From the IMG/VR virus record IMGVR_UViG_3300028805_000076, positions 72,165 to 120,399 of that record: a stretch of DNA of 48,235 nucleotides; one strand, given 5' to 3'. Origin of the DNA: a virus (taxonomy: Duplodnaviria; Heunggongvirae; Uroviricota; Caudoviricetes). The notes beneath the pieces were generated by a model. That model made no database searches, was not told the DNA's origin, and was given only the letters and a program-made list of their open reading frames with translations. This document shows, piece by piece, positions 35,095 to 41,955 of this stretch (the first letter of the stretch is position 1; the number at the start of each line of letters is the position of its first letter). Both the position numbers and the translations under genes were made by a program.

Positions 35095-38000
35095 TTATTT
35101 TTTCTCATTATCCAAAAATTCGTCAAGAGATGAAATCATATTGTTGAATTCCTCGTTAATTAACAATGTTTTGTCAAGAATATCTGGTCTTGAAACAATT
35201 GTTCTGTTTCTTTGTGAATCATTTCTTCTATTTCTCTCTATTTTTTCAATCAACAGAGGTTTGTTCTTGCTTACTGCTTCCATTGGGGGTGGGTTTCCTT
35301 CTGGTGGCGTACTACCTTCATCTCCACCTAACACATTGGAAGCATCAGCAGCTGGCATTTCACCACTTTCTCCACCGATTTCACCCATTCCATCATCATT
35401 TGGTGAACCTAACTCGTCAAGACCATTGCCGAAGTCACCTCCACCGCCTCCCATAGGTGGCATACCTCCACCACCCATGCCTTGCATATCACCTTCACCG
35501 CCTTGGTTCTGATTCTCTTGATATTGAGCACCAGGCTCTCCATAGATTCTATCAACATTATCAAATATACCAGTACGCTTGATGATTTGGTTGGTCATTT
35601 GGAGTTCGTTGGCAATCGCCTTCTCCAATCTTATCTCTTCAAAGTTGTCTTGAATCTCCTTGTCACTCCATTTCATAACTTGCTTCAAAGCTCTTTGCAA
35701 TGACATAATAGGAATACCAGTTCCAGGGTCTGCCACTGCTGTTTGAACAGCACCAATTTTCTTTGAAACATTCTCAATTTCAAGTTGTTCTGCTTGAGTT
35801 GAAGGATTGTTCATTGAAAGTGAGAAATTTGTCAAGTCATCATCGAATCCCAACAAATACAAGTGTATACTTGCGACTTTTGTCAATTCCATAAGGAATG
35901 CTTGCTGTATTCTATTGATAGTTCTTGTAAATCTCACGTCTTCCAAAGCAAGATTTTGACCATTTCCTTGAGATTCATCGAAATTAAGGAAAGTCCTTGG
36001 TATTCTTAAAGCTGTAAGAACCTTGTTTTGAACAAACTTGATGTCATCCAACGCTGTCAAGTTCTGTGCTGCTGAAAGTGTCTCGATTGGTGTAGGTGCG
36101 GATGGGTCTCTAACTGGTATAAAGATGTCTTGGTCACATGAATTACTTACGAATATACCGTTTTGACAAATAGAACCATTTGAATTCCAAGTTCTTAATG
36201 CAAAATTGTGCCTATCATCTTCGCCATTTAAACCAACAACTGTCATACAATAAACATCATCGCCACTAACCCACTCTATATTTTTAATAGTATGGTTTTT
36301 TAAAGATTCTGTGATATATGCTGATATTGTAGCAAAACCTTTTTCTTTGATTCTGTTTTCCAAAACTTCTCTTGAAATGAAATGATTATGCTCTAATCTT
36401 CTATTATCATTTATTGAAATTAGATAATCAATCAAATTAGTGTTAATATAATCAAGCATTTCTTTGCGTTTTGTGATTCTATGGGCTAATACTTCATTCA
36501 ATATTGAGTTCCATATGAAATCATCAAAATGAATATTCATTTTGTGAATTCTATTAGCACTACCTTCACCAATCCAACTGTTTTTGCTCGCAATTCTTCT
36601 TATTGCATCATGTTGTTTATGCAATTCTGAATTGTTATATTCTTCAAAATCTTTCCTATATCCAATTTCTAATCCTTTTTCTCTTCTTAACTGTTTTGTT
36701 GTTTCTAATTTATTATATTCGATGATACGTTTTTTATTAATTTCTTTAGTATAATCTAATTCACCATTAGCATATTTAATTTTTAAAGTATTCGAAATAT
36801 TTTGCTTATGTATTGGTGATATTATTCTCCCTTTTAATGATTTTTTTAAGTTTTCAATATGTTTTTGTCTTTTTTCTTCATTTTTCCAATTTCTTCTTGC
36901 TAATTCAGAATGCATTTTATGGTGTTCAAAATAGTCGCACCATAATAAATTAGATGGTTCGTTATTGTATTTGTTAAAATCTTTATGGTGAATTGTATTA
37001 TATTCAGCATTTTCTTTCTCAACATTTTCACCAATTAAACGATGTGTAAATTCAAATTTGCCGCTATTTGGATTATATATTTGTTCATACCTATCAAATA
37101 ATTTTTGACTATTTTTGTCAATTTTTCTATAAAACGGCATAACACTTTCACCAATTGCGACTTCATCTGCTCGTTTTTTTGAGCCATCACGCATAATCAA
37201 TGGATGCTCTTGTGCCATAATGCAATAAGAGTCATCATCAAATGTTATTTTAACAAGTTTGTCTGCTGTATAGTTTTTACCACACCACGCAACTTTTCCT
37301 GGTACAATTCTATGTGTCTTGTCTTGAATTGAATAGACATAATTTGTTTTACCACTGTTGAATTCTTTTGCCAATTCTTCAATGGTAATCGTTCTACCAT
37401 CCAATAATGGTATTGGTGTGTCTTTATGAACTGGCATGATGTTTTTCCTCAAGTCTATCTGACCAGTCATAGGGTCGATGATAGGTGTTCTCTTGAAGTT
37501 GTTTGCAATTTGCTGAACATAAGCTTGAACATCAGCATCATCAATTGCACCAACGTAAATCTTGTAGATTCTTCGTTCTATTGAACGTTCAAGACGATAA
37601 ATGAGCATCATATCCTCCATAAGAGACAGCATTCTCCAATGCCTTCTTGCTGCATTAAGATAAGAACAGTTATGCGTCACAATACCGTTAGCAAAGAAAT
37701 TACTGTTTTCGTTATCTACTGTAAAATCATATGTTTGTTTCTTGCCTACATATTCTATTTTACTTATCTTTTCTGTCTTAAAGCCATCTGCTAATCTATT
37801 GGATAAATCATATTTTTTTTCTTGTTTGTTATAAGAGTTATCAACAATTAGTAAATCACCGATTTTGAGGTCTTTTATTTCTTTATAAACTAAATTATTA
37901 TCTTCATAAATCAGTAATTTATGGTCTTCAGTTCCTTCTATTTCATTGTGAAATGTTGAAACTTTATATACATCTTTTTCACCTTTAGGCATAAACATAG

Positions 38001-38877
38001 TGACAGTACCTAATTCTCTCATATGAGAATTAATATTAAATGTCCACACTTTATCACCAATGTCTATGTTGGACATTTCCTTATACCCAAATTCGGTTTC
38101 AATTCTTGTATCTCCAACTATGCAACCATAAGGAAGATATAGAGAGTTTGTAATCAATCTGAAGTGAGCAATCTGCCAATTTCTGAAAGGTATCTGTTCA
38201 CTTGTTTCATCTGTCCATATGAATTTAGTGGATAGGTCTGTGTTTTTGTCAATGTTTTGAGCAAGTCTGTATCCTTGTCCACCATAAGGATTTTCAATAC
38301 CATTTTCTAATCGTTCGACATTAAATACTGGAAGTTGTCTCCATCCTAGCACACCATTTTTATGGTCAAGGTTTAGCATCATAAACATATTTCCGTACTT
38401 GCACATTCCTCTGACAATCATTTGTGCAGTTACTTGAATGTCAAGTCTGTTCACGAACAAATCTTCCAATATGGCTCTGATTCTATCAGATTTTGAAGTT
38501 ACATTGATAACTTGACCCTTGTCATTGTTGATACAACTTTCTTCAGAAACTATATCCAATGCAGCACCGATTTCTGGAAATGAATCCATAAGGTCTGCAT
38601 CCCTATACATTAATTTGACGTTGTTAAGACCAGCAAAAGCTTGAACTGACAAGTCCACATTAGCCTTAACCCATCTGTCATTCAGCCACGAATTCTGTTG
38701 CAATTCCAACTTCTGTTTTTCGTAGTCTTGCTTGTCTGTTGTTTTGTATAAAATCTTTTCACCTTCGGCTGTTGATATGTCATAACTGTTGACGTGTCTT
38801 TGGTTTACATCGTCACCCCAATCACCAGTTATAGCTTTATCCAAGCCTTGAAAAACTGTATTTAAAATTTTAGCCAT
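35095..38877 (-). CDS. Portal protein (T4 gp20-like) precursor with two inteins; spliced length 677 aa
   Basis: FPEIGAALD, YGNMF, IAHFRL, PYG|CSYL..ARR.WR.L.LMEDMMLIYRLER..ERRIYKI.VG, NIM|SCDQDIFIPVR, IETL..AQNL..LDDI; acidic Gly/Pro/Met-rich tail. Confidence 0.95.
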   Translation of the reverse strand: MAKILNTVFQGLDKAITGDWGDDVNQRHVNSYDISTAEGEKILYKTTDKQDYEKQKLELQQNSWLNDRWVKANVDLSVQAFAGLNNVKLMYRDADLMDSFPEIGAALDIVSEESCINNDKGQVINVTSKSDRIRAILEDLFVNRLDIQVTAQMIVRGMCKYGNMFMMLNLDHKNGVLGWRQLPVFNVERLENGIENPYGGQGYRLAQNIDKNTDLSTKFIWTDETSEQIPFRNWQIAHFRLITNSLYLPYGCIVGDTRIETEFGYKEMSNIDIGDKVWTFNINSHMRELGTVTMFMPKGEKDVYKVSTFHNEIEGTEDHKLLIYEDNNLVYKEIKDLKIGDLLIVDNSYNKQEKKYDLSNRLADGFKTEKISKIEYVGKKQTYDFTVDNENSNFFANGIVTHNCSYLNAARRHWRMLSLMEDMMLIYRLERSIERRIYKIYVGAIDDADVQAYVQQIANNFKRTPIIDPMTGQIDLRKNIMPVHKDTPIPLLDGRTITIEELAKEFNSGKTNYVYSIQDKTHRIVPGKVAWCGKNYTADKLVKITFDDDSYCIMAQEHPLIMRDGSKKRADEVAIGESVMPFYRKIDKNSQKLFDRYEQIYNPNSGKFEFTHRLIGENVEKENAEYNTIHHKDFNKYNNEPSNLLWCDYFEHHKMHSELARRNWKNEEKRQKHIENLKKSLKGRIISPIHKQNISNTLKIKYANGELDYTKEINKKRIIEYNKLETTKQLRREKGLEIGYRKDFEEYNNSELHKQHDAIRRIASKNSWIGEGSANRIHKMNIHFDDFIWNSILNEVLAHRITKRKEMLDYINTNLIDYLISINDNRRLEHNHFISREVLENRIKEKGFATISAYITESLKNHTIKNIEWVSGDDVYCMTVVGLNGEDDRHNFALRTWNSNGSICQNGIFVSNSCDQDIFIPVRDPSAPTPIETLSAAQNLTALDDIKFVQNKVLTALRIPRTFLNFDESQGNGQNLALEDVRFTRTINRIQQAFLMELTKVASIHLYLLGFDDDLTNFSLSMNNPSTQAEQLEIENVSKKIGAVQTAVADPGTGIPIMSLQRALKQVMKWSDKEIQDNFEEIRLEKAIANELQMTNQIIKRTGIFDNVDRIYGEPGAQYQENQNQGGEGDMQGMGGGGMPPMGGGGGDFGNGLDELGSPNDDGMGEIGGESGEMPAADASNVLGGDEGSTPPEGNPPPMEAVSKNKPLLIEKIERNRRNDSQRNRTIVSRPDILDKTLLINEEFNNMISSLDEFLDNEKK
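36142..37434 (-). mobile_element. Portal intein 2 (431 aa) with HNH endonuclease; Pro1, block-F Cys, Ser-Asn end, Ser+1
   Basis: NIM|PVHKDTPIPLLDG; block B MAQEHPL; HNH FTHRL...TIHHKDFNKYNNEPSNL...EHHKMH; block F DVYCMTV...HNFAL; NGIFVSN|SCDQ. Confidence 0.88.
37669..38124 (-). mobile_element. Portal intein 1, canonical mini-intein (152 aa; Cys1, His-Asn, Cys+1)
   Basis: PYG|CIVGDTRIET; block B IEGTEDHKL; block F TYDFTV; NGIVTHN|CSYL; no endonuclease. Confidence 0.93.
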
Positions 38878-38915
38878 TTTGACTCATTTTATATAAAAAT
38901 TAGTTAGTTAATACC

Positions 38916-38927
38916 TATTTATAAATA
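38916..38927. promoter_or_regulatory. Palindromic double TATTTATA box, candidate divergent late promoter
   Basis: TATTTATAAATA reads TATTTATA on both strands, between the divergent portal (38877) and glycosyltransferase (38949) starts. Confidence 0.55.
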
Positions 38928-38948
38928 TTAAGTAATAAAAGTAATGTT

Positions 38949-40520
38949 ATGATAACCAAAAGAAATAGTGTATTATCTCAAAAAATTAAAAGAAGAACAC
39001 GAGGAAATTTTGCCTCTACAAGTGAAATTATGGGAGAAATGGTTGAAGATACTACAAGTTCAAGTGTTTCGTTGAAAACTGCTGCAAATAGACCAAAAGT
39101 TGTACTACCAACAGTTACAATAAAATCAGATAAGGTTGAAAAGGCTAAAAAGGTAATATTTACTTGCATAACTGGTAATTATGATACATTGGCAGAACCA
39201 ATTAGAAAATATGGCAAGTATGACTATATATGCTTTACAGATAATCCGAATCTCACATCAACAGTGTGGGAAATACGTAAAATGCCGCAAGATGTTATGC
39301 ATCTTGACCAAACGAGGCAGCAAAGAATGGTAAAAATCTGCCCACATAAATATTTACCAGAGTATGATTTGTCAATTTGGGTTGATGGAAACACATCATT
39401 AGATTTTGATTTTGACAAATATATAAATACATTTGTAGATGACGATAACTGTGTATTTGTTAAGAAACACCCAGTAAGAACATGTGCCTATCAAGAGCGT
39501 ATGACTTGTGAAAGAATGAAGAAGGATGACCCACAAGTTATGAAAAAGCAAATGGATAGGTATAAAAAGGAAGGTTTTCCAGAAAAATATGGATTACCAG
39601 AAACAAATTTTATTGTTAGGTTCCATAACGATGAAAGGTGTAAAAAACTTATGGATACTTGGGCTAACGAAGTTGTCAATGGAAGTAAGAGAGACCAACT
39701 GTCATTCTCTTACAGCGTTTGGAAGACAAATGTAAAGGTAAAATATTTCAAGGCAAATGGTATGCTAACACCAAAAAGTCATAGGAAAAAACCATTGGCA
39801 AGTAAGGAGATGGTCAAACGTAAAGATAATAACCCAATAAAGTTATGTGTCGTAAATTATAATACTAATAACTTGATAGAGCACTTGATAAAGAGTATAA
39901 ACAAGTTTGTCCCTAAATATCATCTATATATATTTGATAACAGCGACACTGAAAAGTTTGAATCAAAAGACGAAAGAATTACTGTGTTTGACAACACCAA
40001 AGGCCAAATTATTAACTTCGATAAATTCTTGGAAAAATACCCAAATAGACATATATCATGTGGTAAGAGAAATAAATGGGGAAGTGCAAAACACGCAATC
40101 AGTATTGAAAAATGTATGGAACTTATTAATGACAGTTTCATATTGTTGGATTCAGATATATTGCTCAAGAGGGACATCAGCAATTTGTATAATGATGCAT
40201 ATGTTTATATAGCTGACACAACTACACAACCAGCTTCACAGATAAAAAGAATCCTTCCATTTATATGCTTTATCAATGTAAAGAAATGCAAGGAAAAGGG
40301 AATACATTATTTCAATGACAATTATATGCATGGATTGAGAAAAACACCACAAGCTGATAGATATGACACTGGTGCTTATTTCTATATTGCAGCAAACAAA
40401 TATGAACATTTTGATATAAACTTTACTGACTATGTGGAACATATGAAAGGTGGTAGTTGGCAACAACAAGATATGACACCAGAACAATGGTTGAATAAAT
40501 ATAGAAAGTATTGGGAATAA
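38949..40520 (+). CDS. Two-domain glycosyltransferase (DUF616/TOD1-MUCI70-like plus GT2-like)
   Basis: Domain 1: IFTCITGNYD, YICFTD, SIWVDGN, RDQLSF. Domain 2: VVNYNT, IFDNSD, ILLDSDI (DxD). Confidence 0.8.
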   Translation: MITKRNSVLSQKIKRRTRGNFASTSEIMGEMVEDTTSSSVSLKTAANRPKVVLPTVTIKSDKVEKAKKVIFTCITGNYDTLAEPIRKYGKYDYICFTDNPNLTSTVWEIRKMPQDVMHLDQTRQQRMVKICPHKYLPEYDLSIWVDGNTSLDFDFDKYINTFVDDDNCVFVKKHPVRTCAYQERMTCERMKKDDPQVMKKQMDRYKKEGFPEKYGLPETNFIVRFHNDERCKKLMDTWANEVVNGSKRDQLSFSYSVWKTNVKVKYFKANGMLTPKSHRKKPLASKEMVKRKDNNPIKLCVVNYNTNNLIEHLIKSINKFVPKYHLYIFDNSDTEKFESKDERITVFDNTKGQIINFDKFLEKYPNRHISCGKRNKWGSAKHAISIEKCMELINDSFILLDSDILLKRDISNLYNDAYVYIADTTTQPASQIKRILPFICFINVKKCKEKGIHYFNDNYMHGLRKTPQADRYDTGAYFYIAANKYEHFDINFTDYVEHMKGGSWQQQDMTPEQWLNKYRKYWE

Positions 40521-40561
40521 TTGATAAAATTAAGATATTTATTAATAAAGTAATAAATAAT

Positions 40562-41740
40562 ATGAGTAAACAAGATGAAATGGTGTCTATTTTGAATGAG
40601 GCATTTGATGAAGGTGTTGCTAGCACTGAAAGTGCAATACAGCAAGCATCTGAAGAAGGATATAATAGAGGTTATCAAGAAGGGTATTCAGATGCCCTTA
40701 GTACACTTCCAATCGTACCACCATCAGATGAAGATGATGATGGAATCCCAGTTCATAATATTGACAACTTTGCAGTTAAGGAATTTTTCGATTCTTTACC
40801 AGAAAGTGGTTATAGCAAAAGCGACTACAGTAAGGTTTGGAAATACTTGTTTATGACGCAAGACCATTCTTCCGCATCTTGGACTGAATGCTGCAATCCA
40901 TATGTTATTTACGGAAAGGGTGATAAGATTGTTGTTGAATCAGAAGGTGAAACTTCTTGGGAAGTATTCCCATACAAGGAAGTGTTTAGAATTTTCTCTT
41001 TGATTCCAAACAAGCAATATCATTGGACTATGTATAACGGCACAAAAGTATTGCAAAGCGGAGACTTCAAGACGGTCGGTAGAGTAAGATGGATGGGTAC
41101 TTTCTCTTCTAAGGAACCACGTAATTTCAGAGACTTGGGTGGATATGGCATCAAGTATGGTAGGCTTTATCGTTCTGAAAACCCAGATTCTGTTGAGGTT
41201 GAATCTGCTGACCACAAGTACTTGAGAGACCAACTTAAGATTACTGTACAAGTAAACTTACGTTCGTCTTCAGAACCAGCAAGAGCTGATTTGTTTGAAA
41301 AGACATATCAATATAATATTCCAGCTTATTCAGAAGTTTTCACTTGTTCATCGACAAGTAAAGCAAATTTCAAAAACGCATTCAATGCAATTGTAAATGA
41401 ACTTTCTAATGGCAAAAACGTTCTTTTCAACTGTTGGCAAGGATGTGATAGAACAGGTACAATGGCTTGGATGATACAAGGACTTTGCGGTATGCCACTT
41501 GGATACTGTGAAGGACATTGGGAGTTGTCTGGTCTCGACCGTTGCGGAAACTCAAAGATTTGGAATTGGGAGGAAAGCTCTAATGGAGAACTTAGAACAT
41601 TCATCACCAAACTTCAAGCCAAGATAAAAGATACATCAAAACGTAACGATTCGTATACTTTGGCTTATTATTTGGCTAAGACTATCCTTGGAATTACTGA
41701 TGGCAAAATAAATAAATTGAGAGAGTTATTATTGGAATAA
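40562..41740 (+). CDS. Protein tyrosine/serine phosphatase-like protein (CX5R)
   Basis: NFRDLGGY, GRLYRS, FNCWQGCDRTG P-loop; N-terminal GxxxG repeats (EGYNRGYQEGY). ATG at 40562. Confidence 0.85.
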   Translation: MSKQDEMVSILNEAFDEGVASTESAIQQASEEGYNRGYQEGYSDALSTLPIVPPSDEDDDGIPVHNIDNFAVKEFFDSLPESGYSKSDYSKVWKYLFMTQDHSSASWTECCNPYVIYGKGDKIVVESEGETSWEVFPYKEVFRIFSLIPNKQYHWTMYNGTKVLQSGDFKTVGRVRWMGTFSSKEPRNFRDLGGYGIKYGRLYRSENPDSVEVESADHKYLRDQLKITVQVNLRSSSEPARADLFEKTYQYNIPAYSEVFTCSSTSKANFKNAFNAIVNELSNGKNVLFNCWQGCDRTGTMAWMIQGLCGMPLGYCEGHWELSGLDRCGNSKIWNWEESSNGELRTFITKLQAKIKDTSKRNDSYTLAYYLAKTILGITDGKINKLRELLLE

Positions 41741-41814
41741 AAAATGAAACTATATACCTGTTGACACCGAAAAATCATTTATGCAAAATTTAAAAAAGGA
41801 AATGATATACAATT

Positions 41815-41856
41815 TGGCACCAGTTAGATAAAAAATCTGACTGATGCCATTTTTTT
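41815..41856 (+). terminator. Probable intrinsic terminator
   Basis: tggcaccagttaga / tctgactgatgcca stem (one mismatch, one G-U) plus T7. Confidence 0.7.
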
Positions 41857-41955
41857 GTATATTCTAAAATATTTATAGATAAATAATGGAGATAGAGTAA
41901 AATCTGATTTTGCTCAGACTATTTTTTTTTTTAATTGAATTAAAATCATTATATT

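Noticed and set aside
34871-35703. Plus-strand ORFs (213, 96 and 73 aa) opposite the portal tail, and similar antisense ORFs across the window
   Set aside because: These are shadow frames of low-complexity or codon-biased genes on the other strand, with no independent start signals or motifs.
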